The notes below the pieces were generated by a model that saw only the letters and a program-made list of their open reading frames with translations, searched no databases and had not been told where the DNA came from. Shown here one piece after another: positions 9,242 to 24,400 of a stretch of DNA of 64,000 bases (the first letter of the stretch is position 1; the number at the start of each line of letters is the position of its first letter). The DNA is from Nemertoderma westbladi (lineage: Eukaryota; Animalia; Xenacoelomorpha): positions 6,752-70,751 of the forward strand of contig JAUCBJ010001340.1 in assembly GCA_032718475.1 (NCBI GenBank), written 5' to 3'. The position numbers and the translations under genes are program-made.

Positions 9242-9275
9242 CCTAGTACCGAGATAACTCTAGCTCGGTACTAGG
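9242..9275. repeat. Perfect 12-bp-stem hairpin CCTAGTACCGAG-N10-CTCGGTACTAGG, possibly inside a small degenerate MITE (~9222-9310)
   Basis: The stem is read directly from the sequence. Flanking GGCCGTATTCATGAAAG and CTATGAAGAAACGG look like decayed terminal inverted repeats. Confidence 0.6.
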
Positions 9276-9482
9276 TTCTCAGTTTTATCTCCGGACTATG
9301 AAGAAACGGTGATCTTGGAATCTTGGTCTTGGGATATGCAACAAGATAAGAGTATAATTTTGATATTGATTTTAAAATAAACTATTTATTTTGAGGTGAA
9401 GTTTTTACAGTTTTAAAACTCAAAAAAAGAAATAAAAAAATATTTTAACTTATTTTTAATTTTTAGAGTTTTAAAACTGATA

Positions 9483-12400
9483 TTATATGGCAGAGATTGT
9501 GGAATGGGGAGTTTATATGGCAGAGATTGTGGAATGGGGAGTTTATATGACAGATTGTGGAATGGGGTGTTTAGATGGCAGAGATTGTGGAATGGGGAGT
9601 TTATATGGCAGATATTGTGGAATGGGGAGTTTATATGGCAGAGATTGTGGAATGGGGAGTTTATATGGCAGAGATTGTGGAATGGGGAGTTTATATGACA
9701 GAGATTGTGGAATGGGGTGTTTAGATGGCAGAGATTGTGGAATGGGGAGTTTATATGGCAGATATTGTGGAATGGGGAGTTTATATGGCAGAGATTGTGG
9801 AATGGGGAGTTTATATGGCAGAGATTGTAGAATGGGGAGTTTATATGGCAGAGATTGTGGTATGGGGAGTTTATATGGCATAGATTGTGGAATGGGGTGT
9901 TTAGATGACAGAGATTGTGGAATGGGGAGTTTATATGGCAGAAATTGTGGAATGGGGAGTTTATATGATAGAGATTGTGGAATGGGGAGTTTATATGGCA
10001 GAGATTGTGAAATGGGGAGTTTATATGGCATAGATTGTGGAATGGGGAGTTTATATGGTAGAGATTGTGGAATGGGGAGTTTATATGGCAGAGATTGTGG
10101 AATGGGGAGTTTATATGGCAGAGATTGTTGAATGGGGAGTTTATATGGCAGAGATTGTGGAATGGGGAGTTTATACGGCAGAGATTGTGGAATGGAGAGT
10201 TTATATGGCATAGATTGTGGAATGGGGAGTTTATATGGTAGAGATTGTGGAATGGGGAGTTTATATGGCAGAGATTGTGGAATGGGGAGTTTATATGGTA
10301 GAGATTGTGGAATGGGGAGTTTATATGGCAGAGATTGTGGAATGGGGAGTTTATATGGCAGAGATTGTTGAATGGGGAGTTTATATGGCAGAGATTGTGG
10401 AATGGGGAGTTTATACGGCAGAGATTGTGGAATGGAGAGTTTATATGGCATAGATTGTGGAATGGGGAGTTTATATGGTAGATATTGCGGAATGGGGTGG
10501 GGAGTTTAAATGGCAGAGATTGTGGAATGGGGAGTTTATATGGCAGAGATTGTGGAATGGGGAGTTTATACGGCAGAGATTGTGGAATGGAGAGTTTATA
10601 TGGCATAGATTGTGGAATGGGGAGTTTATATGGTAGAGATTGTGGAATGGGGAGTTTATATGGCAGAGATTGTGGAATGGGGAGTTTATATGGTAGAGAT
10701 TGTGGAATGGGGAGTTTATATGGCAGAGATTGTGGAATGGGGAGTTTAAATGGCAGAGATTGTGGAATGGGGAGTTTATATGGCAGAGATTGTGGAATGG
10801 GGTGTTTATATGGCAGATATTGCGGAATGGGGTGGGGAGTTTAAATGGCAGAGATTGTGGAATGGGGAGTTTATATGGCAGAGATTGTGGAATGGGGGGT
10901 TTATATGGCAGAGATTGTGGAATGGGGAGTTTATACGGCAGAGATTGTGGAATGGAGAGTTTATATGGTAGATATTGCGGAATGGGGTGGGGAGTTTAAA
11001 TGGCAGAGATTGTGGAATGGGGAGTTTATATGGCAGAGATAGTGGAATGGGGAGTTTATATGGCAGAAATTGTGGAATGGGGAGTTTATAAGGCAGAAAT
11101 TGTGGAATGGGGAGTTTATACGGCAGAGATTGTGGAATGGAGAGTTTATATGGTAGAGATTGTGGAATGGGGTGGGGAGTTTAAATGGCAGATATTGTGG
11201 AATGGGGAGTTTATATGGCAGAGATAGTGGAATGGGGAGTTTATATGGCAGAAATTGTGGAATGGGGAGTTTATAAGGCAGAAATTGTGGAATGGGGAGT
11301 TTAAATGGCAGAGATTGTAGATAGAATGGGGAGATTATATGGCAGATATTGTGGAATGGGGAGTTTATATGGCAGATATTGTGGAATGGGGAGTTTATAT
11401 GGCAGAGATTGTGGAATGGGGAGTTTATATGACAGAGATTGTGGAATGGGGAGTTTATACGGCAGAGATTGTGGAATGGAGAGTTTATATGGTAGAGATT
11501 GTGGAATGGGGTGGGGAGTTTAAATGGCAGATATTGTGGAATGGGGAGTTTATATGGCAGAGATTGTGGAATGGGGAGTTTATATGGCAGAGATTGTGGA
11601 ATGGGGAGTTTATATGGCAGAGATTGTGGAATGGAGAGTTTATATGGTAGAGATTGTGGAATGGGGAGTTTATATGGCAGAGATTGTGGAATGGGGAGTT
11701 TATATGACAGAGATTGTGGAATGGGGAGTTTATATGGCAGAGATTGTGGAATGGGGAGTTTATATGGCAGAGATTGTGGAATGGAGAGTTTATATGGTAG
11801 AGATTGTGGAATGGGGAGTTTATATGGCAGAGATTGTGCAATGGGGGGTTTATATGGCAGAGATTGTGGAATGGGGAGTTTATATGGCAGAGATTGTGGA
11901 ATGGGGAGTTTAAATGGCAGATATTGTGGAATAGGGAGTTTATATGGCAGAGATTGTGGAATGGGGAGTTTATATGGCAGAGATTGTGGAATGGGGAGTT
12001 TAAATGGCAGATATTGTGGAATGGGGAGTTTATATGGCAGAGATTGTGGAATGGGGAGTTTATATGGCAGAGATTGTGGAATGGAGAGTTTATATGGTAG
12101 AGATTGTGGAATGGGGAGTTTATATGGCAGAGATTGTGGAATGGGGAGTTTATATGGCAGAGATTGTGGAATGGGGAGTTTATATGACAGAGATTGTGGA
12201 ATGGGGAGTTTATATGGCAGAGATTGTGGAATGGGGAGTTTATATGGCAGAGATTGTGGAATGGAGAGTTTATATGGTAGAGATTGTGGAATGGGGAGTT
12301 TATATGGCATAGATTGTGGAATGGGGAGTTTATATGGTAGATATTGCGGAATGGGGTGGGGAGTTTAAATGGCAGAGATTGTGGAATGGGGAGTTTATAT

Positions 12401-15400
12401 GGCAGAGATTGTGGAATGGGGAGTTTATACGGCAGAGATTGTGGAATGGAGAGTTTATATGGCATAGATTGTGGAATGGGGAGTTTATATGGTAGAGATT
12501 GTGGAATGGGGAGTTTATATGGCAGAGATTGTGGAATGGGGAGTTTATATGGTAGAGATTGTGGAATGGGGAGTTTATATGGCAGAGATTGTGGAATGGG
12601 GAGTTTATATGGCAGAGATTGTTGAATGGGGAGTTTATATGGCAGAGATTGTGGAATGGGGAGTTTATATGGTAGATATTGCGGAATGGGGTGGGGAGTT
12701 TAAATGGCAGAGATTGTGGAATGGGGAGTTTATATGGCAGAGATTGTGGAATGGGGAGTTTATACGGCAGAGATTGTGGAATGGAGAGTTTATATGGTAG
12801 ATATTGCGGAATGGGGTGGGGAGTTTAAATGGCAGAGATTGTGGAATGGGGAGTTTATATGGCAGAGATAGTGGAATGGGGAGTTTATATGGCAGAAATT
12901 GTGGAATGGGGAGTTTATAAGGCAGAAATTGTGGAATGGGGAGTTTATACGGCAGAGATTGTGGAATGGAGAGTTTATATGGTAGAGATTGTGGAATGGG
13001 GTGGGGAGTTTAAATGGCAGATATTGTGGAATGGGGAGTTTATATGGCAGAGATAGTGGAATGGGGAGTTTATATGGCAGAAATTGTGGAATGGGGAGTT
13101 TATAAGGCAGAAATTGTGGAATGGGGAGTTTAAATGGCAGAGATTGTAGATAGAATGGGGAGATTATATGGCAGATATTGTGGAATGGGGAGTTTATATG
13201 GCAGATATTGTGGAATGGGGAGTTTATATGGCAGAGATTGTGGAATGGGGAGTTTATATGACAGAGATTGTGGAATGGGGAGTTTATACGGCAGAGATTG
13301 TGGAATGGAGAGTTTATATGGTAGAGATTGTGGAATGGGGTGGGGAGTTTAAATGGCAGATATTGTGGAATGGGGAGTTTATATGGCAGAGATTGTGGAA
13401 TGGGGAGTTTATATGGCAGAGATTGTGGAATGGGGAGTTTATATGGCAGAGATTGTGGAATGGAGAGTTTATATGGTAGAGATTGTGGAATGGGGAGTTT
13501 ATATGGCAGAGATTGTGGAATGGGGAGTTTATATGACAGAGATTGTGGAATGGGGAGTTTATATGGCAGAGATTGTGGAATGGGGAGTTTATATGGCAGA
13601 GATTGTGGAATGGAGAGTTTATATGGTAGAGATTGTGGAATGGGGAGTTTATATGGCAGAGATTGTGCAATGGGGGGTTTATATGGCAGAGATTGTGGAA
13701 TGGGGAGTTTATATGGCAGAGATTGTGGAATGGGGAGTTTAAATGGCAGAGATTGTGGAATGGAGAGTTTATATGGTAGATATTGCGGAATGGGGTGGGG
13801 AGTTTAAATGGCAGAGATTGTGGAATGGGGAGTTTATATGGCAGAGATAGTGGAATGGGGAGTTTATATGGCAGAAATTGTGGAATGGGGAGTTTATAAG
13901 GCAGAAATTGTGGAATGGGGAGTTTATACGGCAGAGATTGTGGAATGGAGAGTTTATATGGTAGAGATTGTGGAATGGGGTGGGGAGTTTAAATGGCAGA
14001 TATTGTGGAATGGGGAGTTTATATGGCAGAGATAGTGGAATGGGGAGTTTATATGGCAGAAATTGTGGAATGGGGAGTTTATAAGGCAGAAATTGTGGAA
14101 TGGGGAGTTTAAATGGCAGAGATTGTAGATAGAATGGGGAGATTATATGGCAGATATTGTGGAATGGGGAGTTTATATGGCAGATATTGTGGAATGGGGA
14201 GTTTATATGGCAGAGATTGTGGAATGGGGAGTTTATATGACAGAGATTGTGGAATGGGGAGTTTATACGGCAGAGATTGTGGAATGGAGAGTTTATATGG
14301 TAGAGATTGTGGAATGGGGTGGGGAGTTTAAATGGCAGATATTGTGGAATGGGGAGTTTATATGGCAGAGATTGTGGAATGGGGAGTTTATATGGCAGAG
14401 ATTGTGGAATGGGGAGTTTATATGGCAGAGATTGTGGAATGGAGAGTTTATATGGTAGAGATTGTGGAATGGGGAGTTTATATGGCAGAGATTGTGGAAT
14501 GGGGAGTTTATATGACAGAGATTGTGGAATGGGGAGTTTATATGGCAGAGATTGTGGAATGGGGAGTTTATATGGCAGAGATTGTGGAATGGAGAGTTTA
14601 TATGGTAGAGATTGTGGAATGGGGAGTTTATATGGCAGAGATTGTGCAATGGGGGGTTTATATGGCAGAGATTGTGGAATGGGGAGTTTATATGGCAGAG
14701 ATTGTGGAATGGGGAGTTTAAATGGCAGATATTGTGGAATGGGGAGTTTATATGGCAGAGATTGTGGAATGGGGAGTTTATATGGCAGAGATTGTGGAAT
14801 GGGGAGTTTAAATGGCAGATATTGTGGAATGGGGAGTTTATATGGCAGAGATTGTGGAATGGGGAGTTTATATGGCAGAGATTGTGGAATGGAGAGTTTA
14901 TATGGTAGAGATTGTGGAATGGGGAGTTTATATGGCAGAGATTGTGGAATGGGGAGTTTATATGGCAGAGATTGTGGAATGGGGAGTTTATATGACAGAG
15001 ATTGTGGAATGGGGAGTTTATATGGCAGAGATTGTGGAATGGGGAGTTTATATGGCAGAGATTGTGGAATGGAGAGTTTATATGGTAGAGATTGTGGAAT
15101 GGGGAGTTTATATGGCATAGATTGTGGAATGGGGAGTTTATATGGTAGATATTGCGGAATGGGGTGGGGAGTTTAAATGGCAGAGATTGTGGAATGGGGA
15201 GTTTATATGGCAGAGATTGTGGAATGGGGAGTTTATACGGCAGAGATTGTGGAATGGAGAGTTTATATGGCATAGATTGTGGAATGGGGAGTTTATATGG
15301 TAGAGATTGTGGAATGGGGAGTTTATATGGCAGAGATTGTGGAATGGGGAGTTTATATGGTAGAGATTGTGGAATGGGGAGTTTATATGGCAGAGATTGT

Positions 15401-18400
15401 GGAATGGGGAGTTTATATGGCAGAGATTGTTGAATGGGGAGTTTATATGGCAGAGATTGTGGAATGGGGAGTTTATATGGTAGATATTGCGGAATGGGGT
15501 GGGGAGTTTAAATGGCAGAGATTGTGGAATGGGGAGTTTATATGGCAGAGATTGTGGAATGGGGAGTTTATACGGCAGAGATTGTGGAATGGAGAGTTTA
15601 TATGGTAGATATTGCGGAATGGGGTGGGGAGTTTAAATGGCAGAGATTGTGGAATGGGGAGTTTATATGGCAGAGATAGTGGAATGGGGAGTTTATATGG
15701 CAGAAATTGTGGAATGGGGAGTTTATAAGGCAGAAATTGTGGAATGGGGAGTTTATACGGCAGAGATTGTGGAATGGAGAGTTTATATGGTAGAGATTGT
15801 GGAATGGGGTGGGGAGTTTAAATGGCAGATATTGTGGAATGGGGAGTTTATATGGCAGAGATAGTGGAATGGGGAGTTTATATGGCAGAAATTGTGGAAT
15901 GGGGAGTTTATAAGGCAGAAATTGTGGAATGGGGAGTTTAAATGGCAGAGATTGTAGATAGAATGGGGAGATTATATGGCAGATATTGTGGAATGGGGAG
16001 TTTATATGGCAGATATTGTGGAATGGGGAGTTTATATGGCAGAGATTGTGGAATGGGGAGTTTATATGACAGAGATTGTGGAATGGGGAGTTTATACGGC
16101 AGAGATTGTGGAATGGAGAGTTTATATGGTAGAGATTGTGGAATGGGGTGGGGAGTTTAAATGGCAGATATTGTGGAATGGGGAGTTTATATGGCAGAGA
16201 TTGTGGAATGGGGAGTTTATATGGCAGAGATTGTGGAATGGGGAGTTTATATGGCAGAGATTGTGGAATGGAGAGTTTATATGGTAGAGATTGTGGAATG
16301 GGGAGTTTATATGGCAGAGATTGTGGAATGGGGAGTTTATATGACAGAGATTGTGGAATGGGGAGTTTATATGGCAGAGATTGTGGAATGGGGAGTTTAT
16401 ATGGCAGAGATTGTGGAATGGAGAGTTTATATGGTAGAGATTGTGGAATGGGGAGTTTATATGGCAGAGATTGTGCAATGGGGGGTTTATATGGCAGAGA
16501 TTGTGGAATGGGGAGTTTATATGGCAGAGATTGTGGAATGGGGAGTTTAAATGGCAGATATTGTGGAATGGGGAGTTTATATGGCAGAGATTGTGGAATG
16601 GGGAGTTTATATGGCAGAGATTGTGGAATGGGGAGTTTAAATGGCAGATATTGTGGAAAGGGGAGTTTATATGGCAGAGATTGTGGAATGGGGAGTTTAT
16701 ATGGCAGAGATTGTGGAATGGAGAGTTTATATGGTAGAGATTGTGGAATGGGGAGTTTATATGGCAGAGATTGTGGAATGGGGAGTTTATATGGCAGAGA
16801 TTGTGGAATGGGGAGTTTATATGACAGAGATTGTGGAAGGGGGAGTTTATATGGCAGAGATTGTGGAATGGGGAGTTTATATGGCAGAGATTGTGGAATG
16901 GAGAGTTTATATGGTAGAGATTGTGGAATGGGGAGTTTATATGGCAGAGATTGTGCAATGGGGGGTTTATATGGCAGAGATTGTGGAATGGGGAGTTTAT
17001 ATGGCAGAGATTGTGGAATGGGGAGTTTAAATGGCAGATATTGTGGAATGGGGAGTTTATATGGCAGAGATTGTGGAATGGGGAGTTTATATGGCAGATA
17101 TTGTGGAATGGGGAGTTTATATGGCAGAGATTGTGGAATGGGGAGTTTATATGGCAGAGATTGTGGAATGGGGAGTTTAAATGGCTGATATTGTGGAATG
17201 GGGGGTTTATATGGCAGAGATTGTGGAATGGGGAGTTTAAATGGCAGATATTGTGGAATGGGGAGTTTATATGGCAGAGATTGTGGAATGGGGAGTTTAT
17301 ATGGCAGAGATTGTGGAATGTGGTGGGGAGTTTATATGGCAGAGATTGTGGAATGGAGAGTTTATATGGCAGAGATTGTGGAATGGGGTGTTTAGATGGC
17401 AGAGATTGTGGAATGGGGAGTTTTTATGGCAGAGATTGTGGAATGGGGAGTTTATATGGCAGAGATTGTGGAATGGGGAGTTTATATGGCAGATATTGTG
17501 GAATGGGGAGTTTATATGGCAGAGATTGTGGAATGGGGAGTTTATATGGCAGAGATTGTGGAATGGGGAGTTTAAATGGCAGAGATTGTGGAATGGGGTG
17601 GGGAGTTTATATAGCAGATATTGCGGAATGGAGAGTTTATATGGCAGAGATTGTGGAATGGGGAGTTTATATGGCAGAGATTGTGGAATGGGGAGTTTAT
17701 ATGGCAGAGATTGTGGAATGGGGAGTTTAAATGGCAGAGATTGTGGAATGGGGTGGGGAGTTTATATAGCAGATATTGCGGAATGGAGAGTTTATATGGC
17801 AGAGATTGTGGAATGGGGAGTTTATATGGCAGAGATTGTGGAATGGGGAGTTTAAATGGCAGAGATTGTTGAATGGGGAGTTTATATGGCAGAGATTGTG
17901 GAATGGGGAGTTTATATGGCAGAGATTGTGGAATGGGGAGTTTAAATGGCAGATATTGTGGAATGGGGAGTTTATATGGCAGAGATTGTGGAATGGGGAG
18001 TTTAAATGGCAGAGATTGTGGAATGGGGTGGGGAGTTTAAATGGCAGAGATTGTGGAATGGGGAGTTTATATGGCAGATATTGTGGAATGGGGAGTTTAA
18101 AAGGCAGATATTGTGGAATGGGGAGTTTATATGGCAGAGATTGTGGAATGGGGAGTTTAAATGGCAGAGATTGTGGAATGGGGTGGGGAGTTTAAATGGC
18201 AGAGATTGTGGAATGGGGAGTTTATATGGCAGATATTGTGGAATGGGGAGTTTAAAAGGCAGATATTGTGGAATGGGGAGTTTATATGGCAGAGATTGTG
18301 GAATGGGGAGTTTATATGGCAGAGATTGTGGAATGTGGTGGGGAGTTTATATGGCAGAGATTGTGGAATGGAGAGTTTATATGGCAGAGATTGTGGAATG

Positions 18401-21400
18401 GGGTGTTTAGATGGCAGAGATTGTGGAATGGGGAGTTTTTATGGCAGAGATTGTGGAATGGGGAGTTTATATGGCAGAGATTGTGGAATGGGGAGTTTAT
18501 ATGGCAGATATTGTGGAATGGGGAGTTTATATGGCAGAGATTGTGGAATGGGGAGTTTATATGGCAGAGATTGTGGAATGGGGAGTTTAAATGGCAGAGA
18601 TTGTGGAATGGGGTGGGGAGTTTATATAGCAGATATTGCGGAATGGAGAGTTTATATGGCAGAGATTGTGGAATGGGGAGTTTATATGGCAGAGATTGTG
18701 GAATGGGGAGTTTATATGGCAGAGATTGTGGAATGGGGAGTTTAAATGGCAGAGATTGTGGAATGGGGTGGGGAGTTTATATAGCAGATATTGCGGAATG
18801 GAGAGTTTATATGGCAGAGATTGTGGAATGGGGAGTTTATATGGCAGAGATTGTGGAATGGGGAGTTTAAATGGCAGATATTGTGGAATGGGGAGTTTAT
18901 ATGGCAGAGATTGTGGAATGGGGAGTTTAAATGGCAGAGATTGTGGAATGGGGTGGGGAGTTTAAATGGCAGAGATTGTGGAATGGGGAGTTTATATGGC
19001 AGATATTGTGGAATGGGGAGTTTAAAAGGCAGATATTGTGGAATGGGGAGTTTATATGGCAGAGATTGTGGAATGGGGAGTTTAAATGGCAGAGATTGTG
19101 GAATGGGGAGTTTATATGGCAGATATTGTGGAATGGGGAGTTTAAAAGGCAGATATTGTGGAATGGGGAGTTTAAAAGGCAGATATTGTGGAATGGGGAG
19201 TTTATATGGCAGAGATTGTGGAATGGGGAGTTTAAATGGCAGAGATTGTGGAATGGGGTGGGGAGTTTAAATGGCAGAGATTGTGGAATGGGGAGTTTAT
19301 ATGGCAGATATTGTGGAATGGGGAGTTTATATGGCAGAGGTTGTGGAATGGGGAGTATATATGGTAGAGATTGTGGAATGGGGAGTTTATATGGCAGATA
19401 TTGTGGAATGGGGAGTTTATATGGCAGAGATTGTGGAATGGGGAGTTTAAAAGGCAGATATTGTGGAATGGGGAGTTTAAATGGCAGAGATTGTGGAATG
19501 GGGTGGGGAGTTTATATGGCAGAGATTGCGGAATGGAGAGTTTATATGGAAGAGATTGTGGAATGGGGAGTTTATATGGTAGAGATTGTGGAATGGGGTG
19601 GGGAGTTTAAATGGCAGAGATTGTGGAATGGGGAGTTTATATGGCAGATATTGTGCAATGGGGAGTTTATATGGTAGAGATTGTGGAATGGGGACTTTAA
19701 ATGCCAGAGATTGTGGAATGGGGGAATTTATATGGCAGATATTGTGGAATGGGGAGTTTATATGGCAGAGATTGTGGAATGGGGAGTTTAAAAGGCAGAT
19801 ATTGTGGAATGGGGAGTTTATATGGCAGAGATTGTGGAATGGGGAGTTTATATGGCAGAGATTGTGGAATGGGGAGTTTATATGGCAGAGATTGTGGAAT
19901 GGGGAGTTTAAATGGCTGATATTGTGGAATGGGGGGTTTATATGGCAGAGATTGTGGAATGGGGAGTTTAAATGGCAGATATTGTGGAATGGGGAGTTTA
20001 TATGGCAGAGATTGTGGAATGGGGAGTTTATATGGCAGAGATTGTGGAATGGGGAGTTTAAATGGCAGATATTGTGGAATGGGGAGTTTATATGGCAGAG
20101 ATTGTGGAATGGGGAGTTTATATGGCAGAGATTGTGGAATGTGGTGGGGAGTTTATATGGCAGAGATTGTGGAATGGAGAGTTTATATGGCAGAGATTGT
20201 GGAATGGGGTGTTTAGATGGCAGAGATTGTGGAATGGGGAGTTTTTATGGCAGAGATTGTGGAATGGGGAGTTTATATGGCAGAGATTGTGGAATGGGGA
20301 GTTTATATGGCAGATATTGTGGAATGGGGAGTTTATATGGCAGAGATTGTGGAATGGGGAGTTTATATGGCAGAGATTGTGGAATGGGGAGTTTAAATGG
20401 CAGAGATTGTGGAATGGGGTGGGGAGTTTATATAGCAGATATTGCGGAATGGAGAGTTTATATGGCAGAGATTGTGGAATGGGGAGTTTATATGGCAGAG
20501 ATTGTGGAATGGGGAGTTTATATGGCAGAGATTGTGGAATGGGGAGTTTAAATGGCAGAGATTGTGGAATGGGGTGGGGAGTTTATATAGCAGATATTGC
20601 GGAATGGAGAGTTTATATGGCAGAGATTGTGGAATGGGGAGTTTATATGGCAGAGATTGTGGAATGGGGAGTTTAAATGGCAGAGATTGTTGAATGGGGA
20701 GTTTATATGGCAGAGATTGTGGAATGGGGAGTTTATATGGCAGAGATTGTGGAATGGGGAGTTTAAATGGCAGATATTGTGGAATGGGGAGTTTATATGG
20801 CAGAGATTGTGGAATGGGGAGTTTAAATGGCAGAGATTGTGGAATGGGGTGGGGAGTTTAAATGGCAGAGATTGTGGAATGGGGAGTTTATATGGCAGAT
20901 ATTGTGGAATGGGGAGTTTAAAAGGCAGATATTGTGGAATGGGGAGTTTATATGGCAGAGATTGTGGAATGGGGAGTTTAAATGGCAGAGATTGTGGAAT
21001 GGGGTGGGGAGTTTAAATGGCAGAGATTGTGGAATGGGGAGTTTATATGGCAGATATTGTGGAATGGGGAGTTTAAAAGGCAGATATTGTGGAATGGGGA
21101 GTTTATATGGCAGAGATTGTGGAATGGGGAGTTTATATGGCAGAGATTGTGGAATGTGGTGGGGAGTTTATATGGCAGAGATTGTGGAATGGAGAGTTTA
21201 TATGGCAGAGATTGTGGAATGGGGTGTTTAGATGGCAGAGATTGTGGAATGGGGAGTTTTTATGGCAGAGATTGTGGAATGGGGAGTTTATATGGCAGAG
21301 ATTGTGGAATGGGGAGTTTATATGGCAGATATTGTGGAATGGGGAGTTTATATGGCAGAGATTGTGGAATGGGGAGTTTATATGGCAGAGATTGTGGAAT

Positions 21401-24400
21401 GGGGAGTTTAAATGGCAGAGATTGTGGAATGGGGTGGGGAGTTTATATAGCAGATATTGCGGAATGGAGAGTTTATATGGCAGAGATTGTGGAATGGGGA
21501 GTTTATATGGCAGAGATTGTGGAATGGGGAGTTTATATGGCAGAGATTGTGGAATGGGGAGTTTAAATGGCAGAGATTGTGGAATGGGGTGGGGAGTTTA
21601 TATAGCAGATATTGCGGAATGGAGAGTTTATATGGCAGAGATTGTGGAATGGGGAGTTTATATGGCAGAGATTGTGGAATGGGGAGTTTAAATGGCAGAT
21701 ATTGTGGAATGGGGAGTTTATATGGCAGAGATTGTGGAATGGGGAGTTTAAATGGCAGAGATTGTGGAATGGGGTGGGGAGTTTAAATGGCAGAGATTGT
21801 GGAATGGGGAGTTTATATGGCAGATATTGTGGAATGGGGAGTTTAAAAGGCAGATATTGTGGAATGGGGAGTTTATATGGCAGAGATTGTGGAATGGGGA
21901 GTTTAAATGGCAGAGATTGTGGAATGGGGAGTTTATATGGCAGATATTGTGGAATGGGGAGTTTAAAAGGCAGATATTGTGGAATGGGGAGTTTAAAAGG
22001 CAGATATTGTGGAATGGGGAGTTTATATGGCAGAGATTGTGGAATGGGGAGTTTAAATGGCAGAGATTGTGGAATGGGGTGGGGAGTTTAAATGGCAGAG
22101 ATTGTGGAATGGGGAGTTTATATGGCAGATATTGTGGAATGGGGAGTTTATATGGCAGAGGTTGTGGAATGGGGAGTATATATGGTAGAGATTGTGGAAT
22201 GGGGAGTTTATATGGCAGATATTGTGGAATGGGGAGTTTATATGGCAGAGATTGTGGAATGGGGAGTTTAAAAGGCAGATATTGTGGAATGGGGAGTTTA
22301 AATGGCAGAGATTGTGGAATGGGGTGGGGAGTTTATATGGCAGAGATTGCGGAATGGAGAGTTTATATGGAAGAGATTGTGGAATGGGGAGTTTATATGG
22401 TAGAGATTGTGGAATGGGGTGGGGAGTTTAAATGGCAGAGATTGTGGAATGGGGAGTTTATATGGCAGATATTGTGCAATGGGGAGTTTATATGGTAGAG
22501 ATTGTGGAATGGGGACTTTAAATGCCAGAGATTGTGGAATGGGGGAATTTATATGGCAGATATTGTGGAATGGGGAGTTTATATGGCAGAGATTGTGGAA
22601 TGGGGAGTTTAAAAGGCAGATATTGTGGAATGGGGAGTTTATATGGCAGAGATTGTGGAATGGGGAGTTTATATGACAGAGATTGTGGAATGGGGATTTT
22701 ATATGGCAGAGATTGTGGAATGGGGAGTTTAAATGGCAGATATTGTGGAATGGGGAGTTTATATGGCAGAGATTGTGGAATGGGGAGTTTAAATGGCAGA
22801 GATTGTGGAATGGGGAGTTTAAATGGCAGATATTGTGGAATGGGGAGTTTATATGGCAGAGATTGTGGAATGGGGAGTTTAAATGGCAGAGATTGTGGAA
22901 TGGGGAGTTTAAATGGCAGAGATTGTGGAATGGGGAGTTTAAAAGGCAGATATTGTGGAATGGGGAGTTTATATGGCAGAGATTGTGGAATGGGGAGTTT
23001 AAATGGCAGAGATTGTGGAATGGGGTGGGGAGTTTAAATGGCAGAGATTGAGGAATGGGGAGTTTAAATGGCAGATATTGTGGAATGGGGAGTTTATATG
23101 GCAGAGATTGTGGAATGGGGAGTTTAAATGGCAGAGATTGTGGAATGGGGTGGGGAGTTTAAATGGCAGAGATTGTGGAATGGGGAGTTTATATGGCAGA
23201 TATTGTGGAATGGGGAGTTTATATGGCAGAGGTTGTGGAATGGGGAGTATATATGGTAGAGATTGTGGAATGGGGTGGGGAGTTTATATGGCAGAGATTG
23301 CGGAATGGAGAGTTTATATGGAAGAGATTGTGGAATGGGGAGTTTATATGGTAGAGATTGTGGAATGGGGTGGGGAGTTTAAATGGCAGAGATTGTGGAA
23401 TGGGGAGTTTATATGGCAGATATTGTGCAATGGGGAGTTTATATGGTAGAGATTGTGGAATGGGGACTTTAAATGCCAGAGATTGTGGAATGGGGGAATT
23501 TATATGGCAGATATTGTGGAATGGGGAGTTTATATGGCAGAGATTGTGGAATGGGGAGTTTAAAAGGCAGATATTGTGGAATGGGGAGTTTATATGGCAG
23601 AGATTGTGGAATGGGGAGTTTATATGACAGAGATTGTGGAATGGGGATTTTATATGGCAGAGATTGTGGAATGGGGAGTTTAAATGGCAGATATTGTGGA
23701 ATGGGGAGTTTATATGGCAGAGATTGTGGAATGGGGAGTTTAAATGGCAGAGATTGTGGAATGGGGAGTTTAAATGGCAGATATTGTGGAATGGGGAGTT
23801 TATATGGCAGAGATTGTGGAATGGGGAGTTTAAATGGCAGAGATTGTGGAATGGGGAGTTTAAATGGCAGATATTGTGGAATGGGGAGTTTAAATGGCAG
23901 AGATTGTGGAATGGGGAGTTTAAATGGCAGATATTGTGGAATGGGGAGTTTATATTGCAGAGATTGTGGAATGGGGTGGGGAGTTTAAATGGCAGAGATT
24001 GTGGAATGGGGTGGGGAGTTTAAATGGCAGATATTGTGGAATGGGGAGTTTATATGGCAGAGATTGTGGAATGGGGAGTTTATACGGCAGAGATTGTGGA
24101 ATGGAGAGTTTATATGGCAGAGATTGTGGAATGGGGGTGGGGAGTTTAAATGGCAGATATTGTGGAATGGGGAGTTTAAATGGCAGATATTGTGGAATGG
24201 GGAGTTTATACGGCAGAGATTGTGGAATGGAGAGTTTATATGGCAGAGATTGTGGAATGGGGGTGGGGAGTTTAAATGGCAGATATTGTGGAATGGGGAG
24301 TTTAAATGGCAGATATTGTGGAATGGGGAGTTTATATGGCATAGATTGTGGAATGGGGAGTTTATATGGCAGAGATTGTGGAATGGGGAGTTTATATGGC

